Shown here piece after piece: positions 46,375 through 56,563 of a stretch of 64,000 bases of DNA. The notes under the pieces were generated by a model, which saw only the letters and a list, made by a program, of their open reading frames with translations, had not been told where the DNA came from and did no database searches. A program made the position numbers and the translations under genes. Every line of letters starts with the position of its first letter. The stretch's first letter is position 1. The stretch is taken from NCBI GenBank assembly GCA_965279035.1, contig OZ257142.1:1056001-1120000 (forward strand), read 5' to 3'. This DNA is from Bacteroidia bacterium. Its GTDB lineage: Bacteria > Bacteroidota > Bacteroidia > M30B66.

Positions 46375-47643
46375 TTATCGAAGTCGAATGGTTTGTTCGC
46401 GGTCTGGGCCAACAGAAACGATGGTTACCGGAACTTCCAATGCGGTTTCGATGTAGCGGATGTAGGCTTTTAAACTTTCAGGAAATTGTTCGAGTGAACG
46501 AATGCCTGTAAGGTCTTCATTCCAACCGGGTAAATCGGTATAAACAGGTTGAACGTAGCGTGGATCGATGTCGAATGGAAATTCATCGGTTTCAACTCCA
46601 TCAACGATATAAGCAGTACAAACTTTCACTGTTTCGAAACCACTCAGCACATCGGCTTTGGTCATTATGAGTTGAGTAACTCCGTTGATCAAAATCGAAT
46701 ATTTCAAAGCAGGTAAATCCAACCAACCACAACGGCGAGGACGACCTGTTGTCGCACCGAATTCACGACCAATCTGACGAATTTTTTCGCCTGTTTCATT
46801 TTCCAATTCGGTAGGAAATGGACCGCTACCAACACGTGTGCAATATGCTTTGAAAATCCCAAGTACTTCGCCAATTCTGCCAGGAGCAACACCTAATCCA
46901 GTGCAGGCTCCAGCACTAATGGTATTGGATGAAGTAACAAATGGGTAAGAACCGAAATCAATGTCGAGTAAAGATCCTTGAGCACCTTCGGCCAAAACTT
47001 TTTTTCCAGCTTTGAGTTGATGATTCAATACATGTTCGCTGTCGATGTGTTGGAAACCGCGTAAATGCTCAATTCCTTCGAAAAATGCAGGTTCTAATTC
47101 TGATAGATCATAGCTAAATTGATAATGAGCCAACATTTCTTCATGCTTTTGCACCAAAAAACGGTAGCGTTCCATGAAATCAGCACGCATGATATCGCCT
47201 ACACGTAAGCCATTTCGGCCAGTTTTGTCCATATAGGTTGGACCAATTCCTTTGAGAGTTGAACCAATCTTGGATGTTCCTTTTGAAGCTTCCGAAGCTG
47301 CATCTAGCAAGCGATGCGTTGGAAGAATCAAATGCGCTTTACGAGAAAGATGCAGGTTTTTATGTGCATCAACGCCCAATTTCGTTAAGGCATCGATTTC
47401 TTTTTTGAAAATGACTGGATCGATTACCACTCCATTTCCAACGATATTCATGCATTCGGGATGAAATATGCCCGATGGAATGGTGTGTAGCACATGCTTA
47501 ATACCGTTGAACTCTAACGAATGTCCAGCATTTGGACCGCCTTGAAAACGAGCAATTACTTCGTATTCGGGAGATAAAACATCTACGATTTTCCCTTTTC
47601 CTTCATCGCCCCATTGCAGGCCCAGCAGTATGTCAAGCTTCAT
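46375..47643 (-). CDS. purA: Adenylosuccinate synthetase
   Basis: QWGDEGKGK, GGPNAGH, GATTGRPRRCGW. Confidence 0.98.
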   Translation of the reverse strand: MKLDILLGLQWGDEGKGKIVDVLSPEYEVIARFQGGPNAGHSLEFNGIKHVLHTIPSGIFHPECMNIVGNGVVIDPVIFKKEIDALTKLGVDAHKNLHLSRKAHLILPTHRLLDAASEASKGTSKIGSTLKGIGPTYMDKTGRNGLRVGDIMRADFMERYRFLVQKHEEMLAHYQFSYDLSELEPAFFEGIEHLRGFQHIDSEHVLNHQLKAGKKVLAEGAQGSLLDIDFGSYPFVTSSNTISAGACTGLGVAPGRIGEVLGIFKAYCTRVGSGPFPTELENETGEKIRQIGREFGATTGRPRRCGWLDLPALKYSILINGVTQLIMTKADVLSGFETVKVCTAYIVDGVETDEFPFDIDPRYVQPVYTDLPGWNEDLTGIRSLEQFPESLKAYIRYIETALEVPVTIVSVGPDREQTIRLR

Positions 47644-48010
47644 TTTTTGGATGTTCTGATTGTCCGAGTTTAAGCATGATAGCAGCTTCTTCTCGATTGG
47701 TTGTTTGTTGAATGACTGCGTCGAGTTTCGTAATAACGAGCAGCTTTTGCAATTTGTCGTTTATGTTACACATTACCACTTCTCCATTCGCATTGCGAGC
47801 TCGGGTGAACAGGTTGATTAGTACATTCAATCCGCTGCTGTTGAGGTAATCGAGATGTTGTAAATCGAGAATCAATCGCGTTCTACCATAGATGATGATT
47901 TCTGATATTTCATCCAGCAATTCCTGAGCTTCTTGTCGCTCCATAAGACTTCCATGTAAACTAAATACAGGAAGATTTTCTATTTCATCAATTTCAAATG
48001 AAAATGCCAT
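47633..48010 (-). CDS. STAS-domain anti-sigma factor antagonist
   Basis: LILDLQHLDYLNSSGLNVL with phosphorylatable Ser. Confidence 0.88.
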   Translation of the reverse strand: MAFSFEIDEIENLPVFSLHGSLMERQEAQELLDEISEIIIYGRTRLILDLQHLDYLNSSGLNVLINLFTRARNANGEVVMCNINDKLQKLLVITKLDAVIQQTTNREEAAIMLKLGQSEHPKNEA

Positions 48011-48495
48011 CAGTTATTCGGATTGGGATGATTTTCACAAACACCTTTCTCAGCGAGCTTGTTGCAATGCCCGTAAAAAGTAAGTGAATGACTGCTGATA
48101 TTGAAATTCAATAATTCACCTGTCATGCTTTGAATTTGCTGAATTCGTGGATCGCAGAATTCAAACACTTTCTGACACTCGGAACAAATCAAATGATCGT
48201 GTTGCTTGTATTTATATGATTTTTCAAACTGTGCTTGGTTTTTTCCAAACTGATGGCGAGTAACCAAATTACAGGTGAGCAATAATTCGATAGTGTTGTA
48301 TAAAGTTGCTCGGCTTACACGGTACTTTTTATTTTTCATGTAAACGTAAAGCGACTCAATGTCGAAATGCCCTGAATGAGAGTAAATTTCATCCAAGATC
48401 GCAAAACGTTCGGGCGTTTTACGGTGCCCGTTCTGCTCGAGATAATCGGAGAATATCTGTTTTACGGTGTCTTTGGTTTCTTGATCTGAGGACAT
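48010..48495 (-). CDS. fur: Fur-family transcriptional regulator
   Basis: RKTPERFAIL, VSRATLYNT, HDHLICSEC; ATG 48495 follows -7 TACTTTTG (48513-48520). Confidence 0.9.
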   Translation of the reverse strand: MSSDQETKDTVKQIFSDYLEQNGHRKTPERFAILDEIYSHSGHFDIESLYVYMKNKKYRVSRATLYNTIELLLTCNLVTRHQFGKNQAQFEKSYKYKQHDHLICSECQKVFEFCDPRIQQIQSMTGELLNFNISSHSLTFYGHCNKLAEKGVCENHPNPNN

Positions 48496-48564
48496 AGTGT
48501 TTTGGGCAGGCGCAAAAGTAGTAAAAAGCAGCAGCGCCAAAACGAAAAATAGCCTTTCTTTCAA

Positions 48565-50805
48565 TCAGTTGGAATCAATTCGAACAACCGAGGTAACTCC
48601 CTTTACCTGCTTGATTTTACCCATCAAACTGGTGAGGTGATTCGTATCGTGAACAAATACCATAATGTTACCTTCGAAAACGCCGTCCTGACTATCAAAA
48701 CTGATCGAACGCATATTCACATTGAGTTCGTTCGAGATAATTCGGGTGATGTTGTTTACTATTCCAACATCATCAATTCCATTTACTCTGATTCCCGCCA
48801 TGAACGCAATTTGCTGCTGATTCATCCAGCGTGCTTTCACAATCCGATAGGCATAATTCGACATCAAACTAATGGCGTTCGGACAATTGGTTTTATGAAT
48901 CTTGATGCCTTCGTTGATCGTTACAAAACCAAAAACTTCGTCACCCGGAATTGGGTTGCAACAGGAAGCTAGTTTATAATCGATGCGTTCCATGTCCTCG
49001 CCAATAACCAACATGTCGGTTTTTCCACGGATATCTTTTACGATATTTTCGAGCGTTGCCGGTTGATCGTCTTTGCTATCGGAGTCGCTGCGTTTGAATT
49101 TATCACGAAGTACTTTGTACCAACTGTTTTGCTCGCCTTTGGCAATCTTAGCAATATTCTCAAGTTTGATGATTCCTTCACCGATGCTGTAAAACAAATC
49201 AAGCTGACTGTGAACTTTGAAATGCTTCAACAAATTATTGATCACATTTCCATCGAGTGCAATTTTATTGGCTTTGAGCTTTTTGTCGAGAATGTCTTTT
49301 CCTTCATCCGCTACTTTGCGTTTCTCTTCTTTTAAAGCCGACTTTATCTTCGAACGTGCTTTGGCTGTAACTACAAAGTTGAGCCAATCTTCTTTCGGCT
49401 TTTGTTTGCTAGAGCTAAGAATTTCAATCTGATCACCACTTTTTAACTTATGACTTAGCGGAACAAGTTTGTTATTCACCTTTGCTCCAATACAAGCCAT
49501 TCCTACTTCGGAGTGAATTTCAAAGGCAAAATCCAAAGCAGATGAACCACTTGGTAAGGTTTTCAATTCGCCCTTTGGTGTGAAGATAAAAATCTCTTCA
49601 GAAAACAGGTTGAGTTTAAAGTCGTTGATGAATTCTAATGCATTGGTATCGGTATTATCCAACATTTCACGAATTCTTCCTAGCCATTCATCGATGCCAC
49701 TTTCATAATCGCTACGTTCCTTATATTTCCAATGAGCAGCATAACCACGTTCAGCGATATCGTCCATGCGTTTCGAACGAATCTGCACTTCTACCCATTT
49801 ACCAGTTGGGCTCATCACAGTTGTATGCAGCGACTCATATCCATTGGCTCGTGGTGTAGAAATCCAATCGCGCAAACGATCCGGACTTGGTTGATATATA
49901 TCGGTGATGATGGAATACACACGCCAACAATCGGCCTTCTCTGTATCTTCTGGAGAATCAATGATGATGCGGATTGCAAATATGTCGAAGATTTCTTCAA
50001 AGGGAATTCCCTTGATTTTGATTTTATTATAAATTGAATAAATCGACTTCGGACGTCCTTTGATATCAAAGGTAAAACCTTGTTCGGTGAGGTTGTTACG
50101 AATTGGATTTACAAAGCGACTGATGAATCGTTTCCGAACTTCATCGGTGTTTTTTAATTTGGTGATGATTTCATCGTAGATGTCGGGCTGTGTGTACATT
50201 AAGCCCAAATCTTCCATCTCCGTTTTGATTTTATACAAACCCAAGCGATGCGCAAGTGGAGCGTATAAAAACAAAGTCTCAGACGCGATCTTGAGTTGTT
50301 TGTCGCGCGCCATGCTGCTAAGCGTTCGCATGTTATGCAGGCGATCGGCGAGTTTGATTAAGATAACACGAACATCATCACTTAATGTAAGCAGTACTTT
50401 TCGGAAATTCTCTGCTTGAATGGATGTGCTTTGATCAAAAACATTCTCAATTTTAGTAAGGCCGTCGATGATTTTGGCTTCCGTTTCTCCAAACATCGAA
50501 CGGATGTCTTCGAGTGTTACATCAGTGTCTTCAACGGTATCGTGTAAAAGAGCACAAATAACAGCCGTTGCACCAAGTCCCATTTCGCTCACAGCAATTT
50601 GAGCAACAGCAATTGGATGATAGATGTACGGTTCGCCCGATTTGCGACGCATGTCTTTATGCGCATCTAAGGCTAGTTCAAACGCTTTACGAATTTGAAG
50701 TTTATCGTGTTTGTCGATCTTGTCGCTTAAAGGACGCAACAAGGCTAAATACCTTTTGAGTATCTCTTTCTTTTCTTTCTCAAGATCGATAATAGGTTCT
50801 GGCAT
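48565..50805 (-). CDS. relA: Bifunctional (p)ppGpp synthetase/hydrolase Rel
   Basis: Intact HD domain (RKSGEPYI, LLHDTVED), synthetase (GYESLHT, EVQIR), TGS and ACT domains. Confidence 0.96.
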   Translation of the reverse strand: MPEPIIDLEKEKKEILKRYLALLRPLSDKIDKHDKLQIRKAFELALDAHKDMRRKSGEPYIYHPIAVAQIAVSEMGLGATAVICALLHDTVEDTDVTLEDIRSMFGETEAKIIDGLTKIENVFDQSTSIQAENFRKVLLTLSDDVRVILIKLADRLHNMRTLSSMARDKQLKIASETLFLYAPLAHRLGLYKIKTEMEDLGLMYTQPDIYDEIITKLKNTDEVRKRFISRFVNPIRNNLTEQGFTFDIKGRPKSIYSIYNKIKIKGIPFEEIFDIFAIRIIIDSPEDTEKADCWRVYSIITDIYQPSPDRLRDWISTPRANGYESLHTTVMSPTGKWVEVQIRSKRMDDIAERGYAAHWKYKERSDYESGIDEWLGRIREMLDNTDTNALEFINDFKLNLFSEEIFIFTPKGELKTLPSGSSALDFAFEIHSEVGMACIGAKVNNKLVPLSHKLKSGDQIEILSSSKQKPKEDWLNFVVTAKARSKIKSALKEEKRKVADEGKDILDKKLKANKIALDGNVINNLLKHFKVHSQLDLFYSIGEGIIKLENIAKIAKGEQNSWYKVLRDKFKRSDSDSKDDQPATLENIVKDIRGKTDMLVIGEDMERIDYKLASCCNPIPGDEVFGFVTINEGIKIHKTNCPNAISLMSNYAYRIVKARWMNQQQIAFMAGIRVNGIDDVGIVNNITRIISNELNVNMRSISFDSQDGVFEGNIMVFVHDTNHLTSLMGKIKQVKGVTSVVRIDSN

Positions 50806-50900
50806 AGATAAACTGATAAACCTGTAAAATTAAGGATCGTAGCTATGCAGAATCACATTCCTTATCAATTTACCACCGATGCATTGTTAAAGAAATTCCA

Positions 50901-53015
50901 CTATTCTGAAATCACAGTACTCGTTGGTCTTTCCTGATAGTTTCGGGTTGTTTCTTCTTTGTTCTTGCTTTTATCCGAGAGGTATTGATAGATATCGATC
51001 TGTGCTCGTCCTCGTTCTTTAGCAACAGATTTCCGATAGGTATTGTTTTGAATTTTGTTGATGATTCGCGCTTTGGTATTATCGTTCCACTGAAGTTTGT
51101 AGATTTCTAAAATCTCATTGCGCAAATCTTCTTGATAAATCGGGAAACCAACTTCGTAACGACGACTTAAATTTCGCTCCATCCAATCGGCAGAAGAGAG
51201 ATACACTTTGGGCTGATTGTCGTTTCCGAAAATATAAATACGAGAATGTTCTAAGTAGCGATCAACGATGCTAATGACTTTAATGTTTTCACTCAAGCCT
51301 TTCACTCCCGGAATCAAACAACAAATTCCACGAATGATTAATCGGATATCTACACCTTCTTGACTTGCTTCATAGAGTTTGTCAATGATTGCTTGATCTT
51401 GAAGGCTGTTCAACTTCAAATAAATATAGGCCGATTTGCCTTTGAGAGCATTCTTGATTTCCTGATCGATGAGCGTGTATAAATCATGACGCATGTGATC
51501 GGGAGCCACTAGTAAATGCTTGAATTCTCGTTTGATGCGCGTATCTGCTAATATGTCGAAAACAGCCGAAACTTCTCGTCCAATGTATTTGTCTTTGGTA
51601 AGCAAGGATGAATCGCAATAGAGTTTCGAGGTGTTTTCGTGGAAATTCCCAGTGCTCAAATACACATAACGACGAAGCTTATCTTCCATGCGTTCGATGC
51701 AAATCATTTTTGCATGTACTTTCAAGATGGGAAAACTATAAAGCACTTTTACGCCTGCTTCTTCTAATTCTTTCGAATAACTGATGTTGGATTCTTCATC
51801 GAATCGCGCTTTCAATTCAACAAAGGCAGTTACAGCTTTTCCGTTATTCACAGCTTTTACTAAAGCTTCAACAACCTTCGAATGTGGAGCAACTCGATAC
51901 AAAGAAATCTTTATGGCTCGCACTTTTTCATCTTCGGCTGCTTCATTTAAAAAACGAATTACGTAATCGTAACTGTGATAAGGGAAATGAAGGAGAAAAT
52001 CGCGTTTCGACAATGCTTCAAAATAGGAGGGAGCATTATCGAGTGTTGGCTTTTTAAGAGTAGGAAGTGGTTCGTAATAAATGCCTTTCTGATCGAATCG
52101 AGGGAAATTCATCAGATCGGAGAAATTGTGGTAGCGTCCGCCAGGTAAAAGATCCATACGTCCAATGGCGAATATTTTTTTTAAGTGATTTAAGAAATCC
52201 GCTGGCATTGCACTATCATAAAGCAAACGAGTTGGAGTTCCTTTCGCACGATTGCTTAAGCCACGTTTGATTTTCTTCAACAAACTACCCGAAAATTCGT
52301 CTTCAAGCATCAATTCAGCATCGCGTGTTAGCTTGATGCTGTATGCTTCTACCAATTCGTAATCAGGAAAAATCTCTTGAATACACAAACGAATCACATC
52401 TCCCAAAATCATAACGTAATGCTGCCCATTTTTATCGGGAAGAATTAAAAAACGACTGATTTTTCGTGAAGGAATTTCGGTGATTGCGTATTCGAATGTT
52501 CTAGGTCCTGGACGATCAAAATCGCATAATTTAACTGCCATGTAGATCGATTTTTCGTCGAGCTCTGGCGTGTTTCTCCGACTGCTTATCATCACCGGAT
52601 GGATGTGAGGCAGCACTTTTTCTCTGAAATATTCTTGAACAAATTCAACTTGGTCGGCCGAAAGCATTTTCTCATTCACCAAATTGATATTGCGACCTTC
52701 TAATTCAACAACAATCTGATTCCAAAAAATATCGTTGAATTCTTCGAGGTGTTTCTGAACGGTTTTGTTGATCTTTTTGACAACATCACGCGGATCAACT
52801 TTCAGTTCCTTTTTCGTCTTCTTCGTAAGTTCCATCAAGCGTTTCCACTCGGCAACTCGAATGCGGTAAAACTCTTCCAAATTCGATGAGAAAATGGCTA
52901 AGAATTTCATTCGTTCATACAAGGGAACTCGAATGTCTTTTGCTTCTTGTAGTACGCGTTGATTGAAAGAAAGCCAACTCAAATCGCGATTGAACGTACG
53001 TTTAATGCTGCTCAT
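50901..53015 (-). CDS. ppk1: Polyphosphate kinase 1
   Basis: NRDLSWLSFNQRVL, ELKARFDEE, KVHAK, RYLEHSR, SADWMERN. Confidence 0.97.
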   Translation of the reverse strand: MSSIKRTFNRDLSWLSFNQRVLQEAKDIRVPLYERMKFLAIFSSNLEEFYRIRVAEWKRLMELTKKTKKELKVDPRDVVKKINKTVQKHLEEFNDIFWNQIVVELEGRNINLVNEKMLSADQVEFVQEYFREKVLPHIHPVMISSRRNTPELDEKSIYMAVKLCDFDRPGPRTFEYAITEIPSRKISRFLILPDKNGQHYVMILGDVIRLCIQEIFPDYELVEAYSIKLTRDAELMLEDEFSGSLLKKIKRGLSNRAKGTPTRLLYDSAMPADFLNHLKKIFAIGRMDLLPGGRYHNFSDLMNFPRFDQKGIYYEPLPTLKKPTLDNAPSYFEALSKRDFLLHFPYHSYDYVIRFLNEAAEDEKVRAIKISLYRVAPHSKVVEALVKAVNNGKAVTAFVELKARFDEESNISYSKELEEAGVKVLYSFPILKVHAKMICIERMEDKLRRYVYLSTGNFHENTSKLYCDSSLLTKDKYIGREVSAVFDILADTRIKREFKHLLVAPDHMRHDLYTLIDQEIKNALKGKSAYIYLKLNSLQDQAIIDKLYEASQEGVDIRLIIRGICCLIPGVKGLSENIKVISIVDRYLEHSRIYIFGNDNQPKVYLSSADWMERNLSRRYEVGFPIYQEDLRNEILEIYKLQWNDNTKARIINKIQNNTYRKSVAKERGRAQIDIYQYLSDKSKNKEETTRNYQERPTSTVISE

Positions 53016-53511
53016 TCTTCACATTCTTTTTCGGAAAATCCAAATCTTCCAATTTTCCCATTCCCTTTTCCCAACCATTCCAACGATTACTATTTACTCG
53101 AATCGTAGCAATGGAGCATGTTGGAATTTGTGCTTCTTCTTCTCCGCATAACCAATTGATATAATCAGTCACGCTTGGATTATGTCCTATGATTAATATG
53201 GTGTCAATATCTGGATCTTGTCTTGAAATCAAGCGAGCTAGATCCAGTTTATCGGCTTCGTATATGGATGAATCCTGCTTGATGGATTTTTCATCCAGCT
53301 GAAACTCATTCGAAAATAATCGAGCAGTGCTAATTGATCGATTGGCTGGACTACAGAGAATTAATTCTGGTTTATAACCTCTATTTAGAAGGCGTTTCGC
53401 CATCTCAGGTGCATTCTTAACGCCTCTTTCTGTCAAGGGACGATCAAAATCTTTCAGGCCTTCTTGCTCCCAGCTTGACTTGGCATGGCGCACAACGAAC
53501 AGTGTTTTCAT
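53002..53511 (-). CDS. sixA: SixA-like phosphohistidine phosphatase
   Basis: VRHAKS, DFDRPLTERG, IGHNP. Confidence 0.88.
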   Translation of the reverse strand: MKTLFVVRHAKSSWEQEGLKDFDRPLTERGVKNAPEMAKRLLNRGYKPELILCSPANRSISTARLFSNEFQLDEKSIKQDSSIYEADKLDLARLISRQDPDIDTILIIGHNPSVTDYINWLCGEEEAQIPTCSIATIRVNSNRWNGWEKGMGKLEDLDFPKKNVKNEQH

Positions 53512-53589
53512 GCTGCTATTTAATATGACTGCAATGTTAAGTATAAATTAAGCCAAGCCTCAAAGCCTCTGAAAATTTAACATTGGAGT

Positions 53590-55386
53590 TTAGCGTTTCA
53601 TAAATAATTCGCCCCAACATATCATCTCCCATTCATTTTTTATAGGATTCCAACGTTCGGCAAATCGCGTTTGTGCGTGAAATCGATAGCTGTATTTTAC
53701 TCTTCCTCGATTTCCTCCAGCTTCAACCCTCACAAAAAAATAGGGCTTATTTACATCAGGTTCACCACTAATGGTTATCGATACCGTTGTGTCTTTCGGT
53801 TCATCTAAATCAAAGTAATCGTTTGGATTTTGCTTCAAAATAGTTTTCAGTTCAATGATTTCTGGAAACACATTCAAAGTATCTCTAAATGTGTTGGATG
53901 GTGCAAATGGAAATGGAAGCTCGAATTTTTTCTCTGTTGCACCTGCAATCAATTCAGCCATCATGTTTTTCAAAACCGGATTACTCAAAGGAACATGATT
54001 AGCAATAAGTGAAAAGGCAATCCAATGATTGTTTTGATCGTAGAAATATCCTGTGTAAGCGCGCACTTTATCCATGCTTCCTGTCTTTGCACGAAGCTGT
54101 GCTATTTTAGGAAAATTCTTCATCGTTCCTTCTTCACCTGCTTGTGGTAATGAAGCCATAAAATATCCAAAGTCGGTCGATTTCGTTTGATAACTCATAA
54201 ATCGGCTCTGAAACGAAGTGCTGATTTGGTTATTCCGCGATAAGCCACATCCATCCACTAAAAACAAAGCTGAATCGGCATATGGGCTGTATTCGTTGAG
54301 TTTGATCTCCAACATTTTTCCAGTTGGATAGGCTGTTCGATTGATTTGATTGATTGCCATTTTCTTCGCGATGCATTCGGCAAAGAGATTATTGCTTTTC
54401 TGATTGGTTTCGAATACTAAATCACGCAATGGAGGCGATAGTATGACTTTCCAAAGTGAAGAAGATTGATTGCGTGTATCAGAAATCAGAACATCACCTT
54501 TGATTTCAATGCCACGCGCTTCTAAAAACTGTTTCAATTCTAATCCAAATGCACGTGGAGGATCAGGAAGAGAAGCTCTTTCAACGCTTGCTTCACTGCC
54601 AACTTCTACAATTCCATCAGCAAAAACGGTAGTTGAAAATGGTGCGCTGTAAAGATAAATTTCCTGCTCTTGTTGATATTCTGCATGTACTTTCGAATCC
54701 AACTTCAAGTACTTTGCCCATGGGGAAAGAATGCATGCTTTCACCGTATCAATGCGTTCTTTTCCAGCCTTAAATGAAACCGAAAATTCATTCGAGCGCC
54801 AATTCAATCCCCAAGCACCAGCTCCGTAATAATTACCAATGTCTTCCCAAATCCATTTCCGAGGAATCACCGAATGATCGTAAGGCCAAAAAAATGGATC
54901 AATAATCAAATTTCCTTTGATTTTCGTAATGCCCGAATCTCTCAACATGTTGGCAATTATATTCAACACAGAATCTCCAGTCATCGCGCCAGCTAAGCCA
55001 CTACCAAACGAAGGATCTCCGCCGCCTTGAATAATTAGATCACCATGAATACTTGATTTTTTAATTTTCCCTAAAACACCGATTTTCGTTTCAAACCGGT
55101 ATTCACTTCGGAGATTATTGAGTGCTAATGCTGTAGTAAAAACTTTGACCGTTGAAGCCGGAATCATCAAACGTTTCGATTCAAATGCATCTAATTCTTG
55201 TCCAGTAGCAATATCTCGAAACGACCATGAAATGGAACTGCGTTTAAAAGCGGGATGATCTAAAATCGCTTTGCGTGCTGCATCAAATCGATCGATTGGT
55301 CCTGTTGTTTGAGCGTTAACGCCAACAGAAATGAACAAAACAACATTGGCGATGAGGATTTGAAAGAGAAAACGCTTAGTTAACAT
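53590..55386 (-). CDS. dacB: D-Ala-D-Ala carboxypeptidase/endopeptidase (S13, PBP4) with C-terminal extension
   Basis: PASTVK, SNN, DGCGLSR, KTG. Confidence 0.9.
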   Translation of the reverse strand: MLTKRFLFQILIANVVLFISVGVNAQTTGPIDRFDAARKAILDHPAFKRSSISWSFRDIATGQELDAFESKRLMIPASTVKVFTTALALNNLRSEYRFETKIGVLGKIKKSSIHGDLIIQGGGDPSFGSGLAGAMTGDSVLNIIANMLRDSGITKIKGNLIIDPFFWPYDHSVIPRKWIWEDIGNYYGAGAWGLNWRSNEFSVSFKAGKERIDTVKACILSPWAKYLKLDSKVHAEYQQEQEIYLYSAPFSTTVFADGIVEVGSEASVERASLPDPPRAFGLELKQFLEARGIEIKGDVLISDTRNQSSSLWKVILSPPLRDLVFETNQKSNNLFAECIAKKMAINQINRTAYPTGKMLEIKLNEYSPYADSALFLVDGCGLSRNNQISTSFQSRFMSYQTKSTDFGYFMASLPQAGEEGTMKNFPKIAQLRAKTGSMDKVRAYTGYFYDQNNHWIAFSLIANHVPLSNPVLKNMMAELIAGATEKKFELPFPFAPSNTFRDTLNVFPEIIELKTILKQNPNDYFDLDEPKDTTVSITISGEPDVNKPYFFVRVEAGGNRGRVKYSYRFHAQTRFAERWNPIKNEWEMICWGELFMKR

Positions 55387-55450
55387 TCTTCAAAAATAAC
55401 TTTTTCATCTCAGGTCTGCCCACCCTACCTTTCTGACTTATTTTTGCACC

Positions 55451-56545
55451 ATGGCAGGAAATACATGCGGCGTTTTATTTCAGTTAAGTACGTTTGGCGA
55501 ATCTCACGGAACTGCGATTGGTGGTATCTTGGATGGTTGTCCTGCTGGATTGAAATTAAATCTTGATGCCATCCAACATCAATTAGATCGTCGTCGCCCC
55601 GGTCAATCCGCTTTGACAACCTCGCGCAAAGAATCCGATACGGTGCAATTTTTATCCGGCATTTTCGAAGGACAAACTACCGGAACTCCAATTGGTTTTC
55701 TGATTCCAAACGACAATCAACATTCTGCCGATTATGATTCTTTGAAAGACGTGTATCGCCCATCCCATGCCGATTATACCTATCAAGCAAAGTATGGAAT
55801 TCGCGATCATCGAGGAGGCGGTAGATCATCGGCAAGAGAAACGGCTTGTCGTGTTGTTGCTGGTTCTATTGCTCGTCAGCTGCTTTTGTTGCAGGATATT
55901 CAGATTCGAGCTTTTGTAAGTCAGGTGGGAAATGTGCAGTGTGAACTTCCTGATACAATCCCATCCGAAGAAATCATTGATTCAACTTCGGTGCGATGTG
56001 CTGATTTGGGGAAAGCGGAAGAAATGGAAAAACTCATTCTCTCCATCAAAGAACAAGGCGATACAATCGGTGGTGTGATAACCTGCATGATTTCAGGTGT
56101 TCCAGCAGGTTGGGGAGAGCCGGTGTTTGATAAGCTACACGCCGATTTGGGGAAAGCCATGCTGAGTATTAATGCTGTGAAAGGATTTGAAATTGGAAGC
56201 GGTTTTTCTTCTGTTTCGATGCGCGGTTCTGAACACAATGATGCGTTTACTCTCGATTCGGATGGGAAAATCCATACGCTAAGCAATCATTCGGGCGGTA
56301 TTCAAGGTGGAATTTCGAATGGAGAAATGATTTATTTCAGAGTTGCTTTTAAACCGGTTGCATCCATCAGTAAATCACAAGAAACAGTTTCTCAATCCGA
56401 AGGAAATACAACACTTAACATAAAAGGTCGTCACGATCCCTGTGTTGTTCCCCGTGCTGTGCCCATTGTTGAAGCTATGACAGCGCTTGTCATTGCAGAT
56501 CATTCCCTTCGGTCAAAAGCAATAAATTCGTCTATTCAAGGTTAA
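55451..56545 (+). CDS. aroC: Chorismate synthase
   Basis: [27 protein letters not shown]. Confidence 0.98.
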   Translation: MAGNTCGVLFQLSTFGESHGTAIGGILDGCPAGLKLNLDAIQHQLDRRRPGQSALTTSRKESDTVQFLSGIFEGQTTGTPIGFLIPNDNQHSADYDSLKDVYRPSHADYTYQAKYGIRDHRGGGRSSARETACRVVAGSIARQLLLLQDIQIRAFVSQVGNVQCELPDTIPSEEIIDSTSVRCADLGKAEEMEKLILSIKEQGDTIGGVITCMISGVPAGWGEPVFDKLHADLGKAMLSINAVKGFEIGSGFSSVSMRGSEHNDAFTLDSDGKIHTLSNHSGGIQGGISNGEMIYFRVAFKPVASISKSQETVSQSEGNTTLNIKGRHDPCVVPRAVPIVEAMTALVIADHSLRSKAINSSIQG

Positions 56546-56563
56546 TTCATCATTCAAAATCGT

